Assembly (NCBI GenBank): GCA_965279375.1 | Contig: OZ257156.1 | Location: 2,304,001 to 2,368,000 of the forward strand | Reading direction: 5' to 3' | DNA: 64,000 nucleotides | DNA from: Gemmatimonas sp. | GTDB taxonomy: Bacteria > Gemmatimonadota > Gemmatimonadetes > Gemmatimonadales > Gemmatimonadaceae | Part shown: positions 1 to 10,946 of the stretch, piece after piece | How the letters are laid out: each line of letters starts with the position of its first letter | Position numbering within the stretch: position 1 is the first letter of the stretch | Position numbers and translations under genes: made by a program | Notes under the pieces: model-generated | The model's database searches: none | The model's input: only the letters and a program-made list of their open reading frames with translations | What the model was told of the DNA's origin: nothing

Positions 1-650
1 GCCGCATTCGACAACGTCTGCATCGCACCGGTGATATCGCGCAGTGTGCCAAAGGCGAGAACGCCGAGCACAAGCAGCGAGACGACGAGGACCAGCGTGA
101 CGACCCAGCGCATGGTCGTCTGCATCGTACGCGCATCGGCGTAGGCCTTGGCGACCTCCGCCTCCATGTGTTTGGTCTGACCCTGCAGCGCCTTGGTCAG
201 CGGCAGCAGCTTGGCCTTCACCGTCTGCATGCCACCCATCAGGTCGTCCGACGAACCGGTGATCATCCCGACGCTCATCGTGCGTGCGGCGGCCGCGTAC
301 GCTGCAAAGTCCTTCTCGATTGCAGTCGTCGACGAGTCATCCGTGATCGGGTTCTTCGTCAGGCTGTCGGCAACGATGGCAAACGACTTGACCAAAGTGT
401 CCGCCGCCGTGACCGCGCCCGTGTCACTCGCGCCGACGGCGTCGCGAAGTGCGCGCTGGTAGGCGTCGAGCTTGAGTTCGAGCAGCCGGCTCTTCTCGAG
501 CGCGGGTGTGTAGCCTGTCTCGATGCTGGCCAGCTCCGTCTGCGACCGTTGGCCAAGCACGAACGTTGTGCCGAGTGCGATGATGAAACCGAGCGCGGCC
601 ACGATGGGAAGCGCGAGGATTTTTGACCGAAGGGTCAGCGTACGAAACAT
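1..650 (-). CDS. Methyl-accepting chemotaxis protein or HAMP sensor, N-terminal part (runs off the window edge)
   Basis: Translated by hand from ATG at 650: MFRTLTLRSKILALPIVAALGFIIALGTTFVLG (TM1), a ~150-aa helical periplasmic region, TM2 (WVVTLVLVVSLLVLGVLAFG), then a HAMP-like start (DITGAMQTLSNA). The signalling domain lies outside the window. Confidence 0.7.
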   Translation of the reverse strand, partial: MFRTLTLRSKILALPIVAALGFIIALGTTFVLGQRSQTELASIETGYTPALEKSRLLELKLDAYQRALRDAVGASDTGAVTAADTLVKSFAIVADSLTKNPITDDSSTTAIEKDFAAYAAAARTMSVGMITGSSDDLMGGMQTVKAKLLPLTKALQGQTKHMEAEVAKAYADARTMQTTMRWVVTLVLVVSLLVLGVLAFGTLRDITGAMQTLSNA

Positions 651-721
651 TGGCAGAGCGATTTGAGAGCAGTACCGCCAGGGTGGGGCATCGTCGCCGC
701 CAAAACCCATCACGCTCTGGG

Positions 722-749
722 GTATCGGACGCTGTCGTCACACTCTTGA
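722..749 (-). promoter_or_regulatory. Possible sigma28 (FliA)-type promoter for the MCP gene
   Basis: Minus strand reads TCAAG-N15-TCCGATAC about 70 nt upstream of the ATG, resembling the TCAAG/TAAA...GCCGATA consensus; spacing is one base long. Confidence 0.35.
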
Positions 750-839
750 ACGCTGATGAGAATCGCGGTACGAGCGTGCACTGTGACGTCTTGTTCATCT
801 CGCCCTCCCGGGGACGAACGCACTTCTGGATGGGACGCA

Positions 840-882
840 ACGCAACACGCCGCCCGGGAGCTCCCCGGACGGCGTGTTGCGT
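840..882 (-). terminator. Stem-loop downstream of rho
   Basis: Inverted repeat acgcaacacgccg...cggcgtgttgcgt, 22 nt past the rho stop; weak U-tract. Confidence 0.6.
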
Positions 883-904
883 CAACCGACTGTCGTAATT
901 CGAC

Positions 905-2917
<2,013 letters not shown>

Positions 2918-3126
2918 TCGGAAACTGCGTGTGGAACGTGGGCCCCGAGCCGGAACGGCTGGAGCAGGGCATCACGGCGAAGATCGCCGAGAACCGGAAA
3001 AGCCGAGCCCCAAGACGGGGCGCGAAACGCGCACAGCGCGTGAAATGCGGGTTGGTCTGGACGGGTGTCTGTCGTGCCGTCGCACATCCGGAAAGCAGGT
3101 CGTTGCCGTCCGGTACCGCTTGGGGG

Positions 3127-3316
3127 GAGCGCGAAAGGATCGCGCATCCGGTCACTGAGGGGTCGAACCGGCTCCTGGAGCCCGGCGCCCCCGCCGGTCC
3201 GTCATGCGTGGTGTGTATCTTCCATGCCGTCCGATCGAAATCCGATCGGGGCACGCACCACCAGCATCCGTCGGGCGTTACGGGGACATCCGAATCTTCC
3301 CGGCGATGCCCCGCGC
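3127..3316 (-). ncRNA. Candidate structured RNA (6S-like, or rho 5' leader)
   Basis: About 190 nt that can fold into a long irregular rod with apex ccgatcgga-ttt-cgatcgg and a side hairpin ccgggctcc-a-ggagccggttcga; preceded by TTGCGC-N17-AATACT. Folded by eye only. Confidence 0.4.
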
Positions 3317-3394
3317 CTCTGAGTATTACGACCAAGACCGATCTGCGCAACCCGCAGCACTGGGGCTGCGACAAGGTTGCTACCTTCTTTCGTC

Positions 3395-3988
3395 ATGATC
3401 GCACCCCCAATCAACCTCCCCGCTGCGCTCGCCGACGCGGTGAACGCCTACGAAGCCAGCGGCAATATCGGCGCGCTCATGCAGCGTCTACACGAGCTGC
3501 GGGCGATGGCCACGCCGGACGCGCTCGTCACGGCAGCGGAGCCGTTTCTGCACATGCCGGAGGTGGCCGGGCCCCTCTACGAGCGTATCGTCGAAGAACA
3601 GCCCAGCAACGCGCGCGCGCTGGTGATTCTCGCCAATGCGTACTGGCTCTCCGGACGCGGCCCCGAGGTCGTCGGGGATATCGCCAGCCGTGCGATCGCC
3701 GCCGACCCGGACAATCGCGGCGCGTGGCACATGTGGGCCCTGACGGAAGGCAATCAGCGCGATCGCACGATTCGCTGGCTGCAAGTCACGCAGCGCTATC
3801 CGGACGACCAGCTCGCCAAGGCCGCGCTCGCGGACAACGCGGCATCCCTGGCCGCCGCGGAACACGACAAGGAAGCGCTCCAGATGGCGATCGACGCCTA
3901 CGAATCGTTGTGGGCTTCGTCACCAACCGAGCAGCAGCGCGCCGCACTCGAGAGCGCGCTGACCACACTGCGCAACTACAAGTTCTGA
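3395..3988 (+). CDS. TPR-like alpha-helical hypothetical protein
   Basis: Repeated helical units (PSNARALVILANAYW; AIAADPDNRGAW; ALQMAIDAYESL); GC-biased codons; ATG at 3395. Confidence 0.7.
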   Translation: MIAPPINLPAALADAVNAYEASGNIGALMQRLHELRAMATPDALVTAAEPFLHMPEVAGPLYERIVEEQPSNARALVILANAYWLSGRGPEVVGDIASRAIAADPDNRGAWHMWALTEGNQRDRTIRWLQVTQRYPDDQLAKAALADNAASLAAAEHDKEALQMAIDAYESLWASSPTEQQRAALESALTTLRNYKF

Positions 3989-4031
3989 TCTCCCAGACAG
4001 CGGGGACCCACGCTTGGCCCGTGCACGATGT

Positions 4032-5111
4032 TCAGTGCGCGGGCTTGGCGATCACTGCCGGGTTGCCGTCGGAGACGTAGCGCGCCATTGGTCCGCTTTT
4101 GTCCATGAGATCGAGCGTTGGCGTGAGCTTGGTGCCGCCCTGCAACGGAACGCGCGGCAACTTCCTGGCATTGAATTGCGGATCGTACGGGCTGCGCGCC
4201 GGACCGCCGGCCACCTCGAACACCGCCTCGTGCTTGTAGCGGATGTCGCGCTTTCCCTTGGGGTCGTGCCAGGAGCCGCTGTAGGCCAGCGCGCGATTCT
4301 TGGGCCACACGCCATACGGCAGCGCCATGCCGCGAATCACGTAGCCGGGTACGGCCGAGTCGATGGCCAATGCGCCGCGCGCGAACTGCTCCTGCACGAC
4401 GGTCTCGTTGTACTTGTTGAGCTGTGCGTGCCACAGGGTGTGATTGCACAGTTCGAATCCATGGGCGACCAGGAACTGCAGCTTGGGAAAACGCCACGCC
4501 GTCTTCTGCCCATCGATGCCCTTGTCGCCAAAGAACGCGTGGCCGACCTGCGCCGCCGGTAGCGCACAGAAGAGCCCCTTCGGTTTCCAATCCGGGTGCG
4601 CCTTGATGAAGTCGAGCAGGATCCCCACCGCACTCGTCGGATCGATGACGAGCTTGCCGTCGCGCTCGAGATACCGAAACTGGCTCGGCGAGGCATCGTC
4701 GAAGGTGAAGAGCACGGGCGACTTGCCGGCAGGGATGTCGATCTTCCTGTCGAGCAGCTCCGCCAGCGTGATTGGGACATAGCCCCGCGCGTGGAGCTCC
4801 TGCAGTTCGGCGCGGAAACGGTCGCGCGAGACCTTGTACGTGCCGTCCGCATCCACGACCTGGTGCCACTCCACGATGGGAATGCGCCCCATCTCGTTGG
4901 GCTCACGCGCTGCCGAGCTGGAGTTGGGCGTGGAGGCCGTTGTCGGGCGGTTGGCACCTCTGGGCGGCGCCTGACGTAGGAGAGCGTGGGCCGGAGAGGC
5001 GACGATCGCCGTCAGGGCGAGCGCCAATGCAACCGAAAGACGTACTCCGACTGTCCAACCCGCGGCGGGGCGCCGCGAGTCTGCGGGGTGCGGCGCAAAT
5101 GGAAGACGCAT
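4032..5111 (-). CDS. Secreted polysaccharide deacetylase (NodB/CE4 family)
   Basis: Signal peptide (VALALALTAIVASPAHA), IPIVEWH, TFDD motif, ELCNHTLWH metal-binding motif, LPYG. Start uncertain. Confidence 0.85.
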   Translation of the reverse strand: MRLPFAPHPADSRRPAAGWTVGVRLSVALALALTAIVASPAHALLRQAPPRGANRPTTASTPNSSSAAREPNEMGRIPIVEWHQVVDADGTYKVSRDRFRAELQELHARGYVPITLAELLDRKIDIPAGKSPVLFTFDDASPSQFRYLERDGKLVIDPTSAVGILLDFIKAHPDWKPKGLFCALPAAQVGHAFFGDKGIDGQKTAWRFPKLQFLVAHGFELCNHTLWHAQLNKYNETVVQEQFARGALAIDSAVPGYVIRGMALPYGVWPKNRALAYSGSWHDPKGKRDIRYKHEAVFEVAGGPARSPYDPQFNARKLPRVPLQGGTKLTPTLDLMDKSGPMARYVSDGNPAVIAKPAH

Positions 5112-5242
5112 GAAGGCACGGCCAGCGGCAAGACGACGATTGTTCGTGCGCTGGGCCGCGCTGTATGACGAGGTAGTGCGAGAGGCGGAAAGACGAGTCA
5201 CGCGGGCTGTCGGAATCAGTGGGACCGGATCCTGGAGAAACG

Positions 5243-7798
5243 ATGAAGGACGAGAAAGCTAACGATCCGAATCCCGAGATTGCGGCTGAGTCAGCCGTAC
5301 CATCGGCACCGTCTCCGTCGCGCTGGCGCATGCTGCTCGCACGCATTCGATCCGGCCGTATTCCCGCCGATGGCACGTCGGTTGGAAACGGCGCGTTCGC
5401 TTCCTCGCCCGCCGAGACTGCGACATTCTCGGGCGCGCCATCGCCCCGCACGCTTTCACTTCGCGCCGTACTTGGCGTGCTGCGACGCCCACGCGTGCTG
5501 ATCGGGACGTTCGCGGTGTGCGCCATTGCGACCGGCTTCGTGGGCTCGTGGTGGTACAGCTGCGGCTACGACGGATGTCCCACCGTGGACCAGCTGCGCG
5601 CATGGCAGCCGACCGAAGGTGGCATGCTGCTCGATCGTGCGGGCGACATCATCGCGCCGCTCGCACCGGTCAAGCGCGTCAACGTGCGCATCGCTCGGGT
5701 GCCGGCCACTGTGCAGGCCGCGTTCATCGCCGTCGAAGACCGACGCTTTCGCACGCATCACGGCATCGACTGGTACGGCGTCGCCCGCGCGGCGGTCATG
5801 AATGTGCGGGCCGGTGGCGTGCGCGAGGGCGCGAGCACCATCACGATGCAGCTCGCGCGCAATGTGTTTCTGAGTCATCGTGCGGCGGAGCGCAGCTTCG
5901 GTCGCAAGCTGCTGGAAGTGCGCTACGCGACACTGCTCGAAGCCGCGCTCAGCAAGGATGAAATTCTCGAGCGCTACCTGAACGCCATCTATCTCGGCAA
6001 CGGTGTGTACGGCGTGGAAGGCGCCAGCCGCGACCTGTTCGGAAAAGGCGTGAAGTCGGTGACGCTGGCGGAAGCAGCGGTACTGGCCGGTCTGCCCAAG
6101 GCGCCCAGTGGCTACTCCCCGCGCAACGACATGCGTCGTGCGCGCGCGCGTCGCAATGTCGTGCTCGATGTGATCGAACGTGAAAAGGTGGCGACGCCGG
6201 CACAGGTCGCCGCCGCGCGAAACGCGCCGCTGGCAGTGGCACGCAACGAATGGGTGCCTCGCGTCGTGGACTCGTGGGCCGTGGAGATGGTGCGCGGCAC
6301 GCTCGACTCGCTGCGCAAGGCCGGAATCATTCCGTCCACGCTCAACGACGGACAGCTGCGCGTGCAGAGCAGCTTCGATCGCCGCGCGCAGGTTGCCGCC
6401 GAGCGTGCCGTCGCGAGTGGTGCTGCGCAGGTGGACGCCGAGCGCGATGGCTGGTACGGCGACGGCTCCCGCACGCAGGGCGCGCTCGTGGCCATCGATC
6501 CGGCCACCGGCGCGTTGCGTGCGCTCGTGGGCGGTCGGCGCATGGAACGGCGCGGCTACAATCGTGCGGTGCGTGCACATCGCCAGCCGGGCTCCGCGTT
6601 CAAGCCATTCGTCTACGCCACGGCGCTGCTCAACGGCTACACCTCGGCGACGATGGTCGACGACGAGCCCATCGAGATCGAGGTTGGTGACGACATCTGG
6701 ACTCCGGCCAACTTCGACGACGACTACGCGGGATCGATCACGCTCCAGGACGCGCTCGCGCGTTCTTCGAATGCGGCCACAGTGCGCATCAGTCGCGATG
6801 TCGGCATCGCGCGCGTCGCGCAACTCGCGCACGCGCAGGGCATCACCAGCACGCTGCCGCTCGTACCTGCGCTCGCACTCGGCGCCGGCGCGGTCACGCC
6901 CATCGAACTGACCACCGCCTACGCGCCGTTCGCCAACGGTGGCGTGCGCGTCACGCCGTATGCCGTTGAGCGTGTGGAGGATGTGTTCGGTCGCGTGTTG
7001 TGGCAGCATCCGCTTGTCGCGACCCCGCGCGTGCTCGATCCGGCAGATGCATTCCTCGTCACCTCGCTGCTGCGTGGCGTCGTGGACAACGGCACCGGTC
7101 GAGGAGTGCGCTCTGCAGGCATTCGCGGGCCCGTGGCGGGCAAGACCGGCACTACCAACGACGGCGCCGACATCTGGTTCGTGGGGTACACGCCGTCGAT
7201 CGTCGCCGCGATCTGGTTTGGCGCCGACGAGCCGCGTCCGTTGGGTGGCGCCGCCACCGGAGGACGTTTCGCTGCACCGGCGTGGGCGCGTTTCATAAGC
7301 GACGGCTGGCACAGCCCCGAGCGCGACAGCGCGTGGCGTGCACCCGCTGGCGTCGAGAGTCGACAAATCGATCTGGCTTCGGGGCAGTTGGCCGGAGAGT
7401 GGTGCGGCGAGTCGCGCCGCGCCTGGTTCCGCACCGGGACCGCGCCGCGGAACACCTGCTCGGGTGAGGAGCACGTTGCATTCAACGACATCGGCGAGAT
7501 GATCGGTGAACTGGCGGGAATGCCTGAGGTACCTGCCGCGCCGCCCGTGCCGAGGGTGCCGCGCCCCTCGCGCTCTCGCGGCATCGACGTCGATACGCGC
7601 GACTTGGGCTCGACGGTGAAGGACGTGTTGCGCGCCGTGGCCAAGGCGGGCGACGGCAACGCCGTTTCTCGCCGTCTGATCGCGGAGCTGCGCAACATTG
7701 CGCGTGAGCAGGAGCGCGCTGCGCGTCGCGAGGCGGAGCGACTGAAGCGGGAGCAGCAGCAGCGGGATCAGCAGTTCCGGGCCCGCGGCACGTACTGA
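5243..7798 (+). CDS. Class A penicillin-binding protein (PBP1A family transglycosylase/transpeptidase)
   Basis: GT51 motifs EDRRF..H.G, GASTITMQLARN, RKLLE, KDEILERYLN; transpeptidase motifs SAFK, SSN, KTG. Confidence 0.96.
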   Translation: MKDEKANDPNPEIAAESAVPSAPSPSRWRMLLARIRSGRIPADGTSVGNGAFASSPAETATFSGAPSPRTLSLRAVLGVLRRPRVLIGTFAVCAIATGFVGSWWYSCGYDGCPTVDQLRAWQPTEGGMLLDRAGDIIAPLAPVKRVNVRIARVPATVQAAFIAVEDRRFRTHHGIDWYGVARAAVMNVRAGGVREGASTITMQLARNVFLSHRAAERSFGRKLLEVRYATLLEAALSKDEILERYLNAIYLGNGVYGVEGASRDLFGKGVKSVTLAEAAVLAGLPKAPSGYSPRNDMRRARARRNVVLDVIEREKVATPAQVAAARNAPLAVARNEWVPRVVDSWAVEMVRGTLDSLRKAGIIPSTLNDGQLRVQSSFDRRAQVAAERAVASGAAQVDAERDGWYGDGSRTQGALVAIDPATGALRALVGGRRMERRGYNRAVRAHRQPGSAFKPFVYATALLNGYTSATMVDDEPIEIEVGDDIWTPANFDDDYAGSITLQDALARSSNAATVRISRDVGIARVAQLAHAQGITSTLPLVPALALGAGAVTPIELTTAYAPFANGGVRVTPYAVERVEDVFGRVLWQHPLVATPRVLDPADAFLVTSLLRGVVDNGTGRGVRSAGIRGPVAGKTGTTNDGADIWFVGYTPSIVAAIWFGADEPRPLGGAATGGRFAAPAWARFISDGWHSPERDSAWRAPAGVESRQIDLASGQLAGEWCGESRRAWFRTGTAPRNTCSGEEHVAFNDIGEMIGELAGMPEVPAAPPVPRVPRPSRSRGIDVDTRDLGSTVKDVLRAVAKAGDGNAVSRRLIAELRNIAREQERAARREAERLKREQQQRDQQFRARGTY

Positions 7799-7870
7799 TT
7801 GGCACGACACGGGAGCGGTCCGGCCACGGTCGCTCTCACGCGCAGGGCACATCGAGCCCGTCTGCGCAAT

Positions 7871-7908
7871 TAGTTTGATTTGACAAACCAAACTAACTGC
7901 TCTAGGCT
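7871..7908 (+). promoter_or_regulatory. Sigma70 promoter with overlapping palindromic operator (probable MarR site)
   Basis: TTGACA (7880-7885)-N17-TAGGCT (7903-7908); inverted repeat TAGTTTGATTTG-A-CAAACCAAACTA (7871-7895, one mismatch) covers the -35. Confidence 0.8.
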
Positions 7909-7914
7909 TCTCGC

Positions 7915-8388
7915 ATGCCACCTGTCGACGCCGTCGCCGCCGTCATGCGCGACTACCCCCGGATCTACTTCGGCTGCCACCGGCGTCACACCCGCGACCC
8001 GCAAAGCGGCGAGTTGGTCAGCCAGAAGCACGTCCAGATCCTCGATCATCTCGACGAAGTGCAAGCGATCACGCTGAATGCGCTTGCCGAGCATCTCGGG
8101 GTCACCGCCGGCACGATGAGTGTTGCCGTCGATCGGTTGGTACAGCGCGGCTTCATCTCGCGTGTGCCTGACGAGGTGGATCGGCGTCGCGTCCATCTGC
8201 GCCTCACGGCGGCCGGCGCGTGCATCTGCCAGGCGCACTCGGTGCTCGACCCCGATCTCGTCCGCGCGATGGTGACGTCGTTGACGCCTTCAGAGCGCAA
8301 ACAGGCGCTCGCGGGGCTCGCCCTATTGGCCAACGCGGCCAGCGCCACGCGTGGAACGCGTCGCTCGGCGCTCAGTCAGTCCGCATAA
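7915..8388 (+). CDS. MarR family transcriptional regulator
   Basis: Winged HTH: LNALAEHLGVTAGTMSVAVDRLVQRGFISR..DRRRVHLRLT. Confidence 0.93.
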   Translation: MPPVDAVAAVMRDYPRIYFGCHRRHTRDPQSGELVSQKHVQILDHLDEVQAITLNALAEHLGVTAGTMSVAVDRLVQRGFISRVPDEVDRRRVHLRLTAAGACICQAHSVLDPDLVRAMVTSLTPSERKQALAGLALLANAASATRGTRRSALSQSA

Positions 8389-8404
8389 CCCGAGGACTCA
8401 TCGC

Positions 8405-8938
8405 GTGAAGTCATTGGTCGTGGTGGCGGTCTCCCTCGTTCTGCTGCTGGTGATTGCGCTGCGAATTGGTGCGCGACTGCCGCGCGATCACGTCGCCACC
8501 GTTCGTTCGCGCTACGCCGCGTCGGTCGACGTGATCTGGTCCAAGCTCACGGCACCCGCGGCATACGCCGCGTGGCGGACCGATCTGAAAGGCGTCGAGC
8601 TGCTGAACGCCGACTCCAGTCACCCCGAGTGGGTGGAGCACGGCAAGCATGGCGACATTCGCTACGTCATCGCCGAGCGCACAGAACGCACGCGACTGCT
8701 CACGCGCATCACCGACGAGACGCTGCCGTACGGCGGGACGTGGGAATTCACGCTCACGCCGGATGGCACCGGCACGCTGCTGACGATCACCGAACGCGGC
8801 TTCGTCAAACCGGCGCTCTTTCGACTGCTCTCGCGCTTCGTGTTCGGATTGACGGGTACGCTCGAGGCATACCATCGATCACTCGCGCGCGCCGTGGGTG
8901 AGACGCCTGCACCGGACATCGTGTCCAGCGGGCGCTGA
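8405..8938 (+). CDS. SRPBCC (START-like) family protein with N-terminal TM
   Basis: LPRDHVAT, WRTDL, LPYGGTWEFTLTPDGTGTLLTITERG; GTG start with upstream GAGGA. Confidence 0.8.
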   Translation: MKSLVVVAVSLVLLLVIALRIGARLPRDHVATVRSRYAASVDVIWSKLTAPAAYAAWRTDLKGVELLNADSSHPEWVEHGKHGDIRYVIAERTERTRLLTRITDETLPYGGTWEFTLTPDGTGTLLTITERGFVKPALFRLLSRFVFGLTGTLEAYHRSLARAVGETPAPDIVSSGR

Positions 8939-9023
8939 GTCGCAATCACGCGGCCATCTCGCACGTCCAGCCGCTCAACGAAGTTCACACGTTCGGCTCG
9001 TCCACCATTCAACAGACACGCGC

Positions 9024-9659
9024 ATGGGACTCGAACTCACGGGGCACGCGGTGCTCACGCCAGCCAAGGGCCGTACGGGTATCGAGAAGCAGACGGGCGA
9101 CGCAAAAATTCTACTCGAGAGTGACGAGCTGATTCTGCGCGGTGGCGTCAAGGCAAAGATCGCGCGTGCGACCATCCGCGATGTGACCAGCAAGGCGGGT
9201 ACGGTGCGCATCTCGGCCGATGGGTGCACGCTGCAACTCACGCTGGGCGACGCGACTGACAAATTTCTCGCCAAACTCGCGCAAGCGCCCAAGTCACGTC
9301 TCGAGAAAATGGGCATCGGCGCCACGAGCGTTGTCACCCTGCTCAACCTTTCCGATGCGACGTTGCGCGCCGAGCTCGAGGCCATTGGAGCCACGGTGCG
9401 TACACGTGCAACGAAAGGCGCGGCGCTGCTGATTCTGGGCGTTGATGACGCGACCGATCTCGCGCGAATCGCCGACGCCGCGAAAAGCCTCGACACCAAA
9501 AGCGCCCTGTGGGTGGTTCATCCCAAAGGCGCTTCGGGCGTCAAGGACACCGATATCTTCGCCGCAGCAAAGGCTGCAGGGCTCACGTACGTCAAAGTCG
9601 CGCGCTTCTCCGAGACGCACACCGCGGAGAAGCTGGTAGTGCCTGCAGCCAAGCGTTAG
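9024..9659 (+). CDS. Hypothetical protein (C-terminal half DUF3052-like)
   Basis: SRLEKMGI...ALWVVHPKG...VKVARFSETHTAEKLV pattern; coding-like codon bias. Confidence 0.6.
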   Translation: MGLELTGHAVLTPAKGRTGIEKQTGDAKILLESDELILRGGVKAKIARATIRDVTSKAGTVRISADGCTLQLTLGDATDKFLAKLAQAPKSRLEKMGIGATSVVTLLNLSDATLRAELEAIGATVRTRATKGAALLILGVDDATDLARIADAAKSLDTKSALWVVHPKGASGVKDTDIFAAAKAAGLTYVKVARFSETHTAEKLVVPAAKR

Positions 9660-10924
9660 AGCACGCCAAGCCACTCCTTTTCGCGACCCGCGTAGCCCGG
9701 GAAGATTCGGTCGAGCTGCGTCGCGCCGAGATGCTTGGTGGCAATTTCGCCGAACACGGCACGGAAATCGGTAGTTAGTGCCAGATCGCGCCCTTCGTTG
9801 AGTTGCTCCGGAGCGAGCCCGGGCCAGCGGCCGTGCACCTTCTGCGCACCGCGCAGCTGTCCACCAATCACGAACATCGCGCCCGCGTGTCCGTGGTCGG
9901 TGCCACCGGTGCCGTTCTGCCGCACGGTGCGCCCGAACTCCGACATCGTGAGAATGACGGTGTCGTTCATCCGATCGCCGAGGTCGGCGACCAGCGCCGC
10001 GATGCTCTGCGAGAAATCGCTGAGTCGCGTGGCAAGCTGTCCCTGCGCGCCGCCCTGGTTCACATGCGTGTCCCAGCCGCCGACATCGGCGAAAGCCACT
10101 TCGAGCCCGACATCGGACTTGATGAGCTGCGCGATCTGCAGCAGATGCTGCCCGAATGGTGAGCGCGGGTAGTTCACGCCCGCCGCTGGCCTGTACTGCT
10201 GCGGGTTGGCCGCGCGCAGCACCTTGAGCGCTTCGAACATCTCCGCTCCGCTGCCGTGCACGAGGTCTGCATTGCCGGTGCGATACAGCGCCTCGAGTCG
10301 CTGCTCCGAGCCTCCGCCATTGGTGCGAATGGAGAACTCCTCGATGGAGTTCATCGCCACCGTTGGCGCGGCGCCGCCGAGGATTCGCGGAGTCTGCGCC
10401 GACATGGCCACGGCGCGAAACGGTACCTCGGCGCCGGGAACGCATTGCTGGCAGGTGCCGCGTGTTGCGAGATAGCGATTCAGCCAGCCGTCCGTCGTGC
10501 CCTTCATGTCGGGCGTACCCGTTTCCATGTAGTCCTGCGCATCGAAGTGCGAGCGCGTGGAGCTGGGGCTGCCAACGGCGTGAATGGGCGCAAGCATCTT
10601 GCGGTCCCACAGCGCCTTGAACGGCGAGAGCGACGGATGGAGCCCGAAGTATCCATCCAGATCGATGGCACCGGCGGTCGCTGCCGCTCGCGTGGGCTCA
10701 GCGATCGCCAGCTGCGGACGCGCGGCGTAGTACGCCTTGTCGCCAAAAGGGACGACGACGTTCAGCGCGTCGGCCGCGCCGCGCTGGAAGAGCACGATCA
10801 ACGTCTTGCCGCGCGCAAGCGTCGGCAGCTGCGCGGCGAACGCGGTACGACGCAGAAAGCTCGGCGACAAGCCCATCGTCACCAGCGACAGCGCACCCGA
10901 CTTGAGAAACACTCGGCGGTTCAT
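9656..10924 (-). CDS. DUF1501 family protein with Tat signal
   Basis: MNRRVFLK twin-arginine signal; RGAADALNVVVP, RSHFDAQ, GGWDTH, SEFGRT..NG..GTDHG motifs. Confidence 0.92.
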   Translation of the reverse strand: MNRRVFLKSGALSLVTMGLSPSFLRRTAFAAQLPTLARGKTLIVLFQRGAADALNVVVPFGDKAYYAARPQLAIAEPTRAAATAGAIDLDGYFGLHPSLSPFKALWDRKMLAPIHAVGSPSSTRSHFDAQDYMETGTPDMKGTTDGWLNRYLATRGTCQQCVPGAEVPFRAVAMSAQTPRILGGAAPTVAMNSIEEFSIRTNGGGSEQRLEALYRTGNADLVHGSGAEMFEALKVLRAANPQQYRPAAGVNYPRSPFGQHLLQIAQLIKSDVGLEVAFADVGGWDTHVNQGGAQGQLATRLSDFSQSIAALVADLGDRMNDTVILTMSEFGRTVRQNGTGGTDHGHAGAMFVIGGQLRGAQKVHGRWPGLAPEQLNEGRDLALTTDFRAVFGEIATKHLGATQLDRIFPGYAGREKEWLGVL

Positions 10925-10946
10925 GATTCGCTCCGGTGTGCGGCGC

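Noticed and set aside
5456..7921. 821-aa minus-strand ORF antisense to the PBP gene
   Set aside because: Shadow ORF caused by high-GC codon bias; no motifs; the sense gene is unambiguous.
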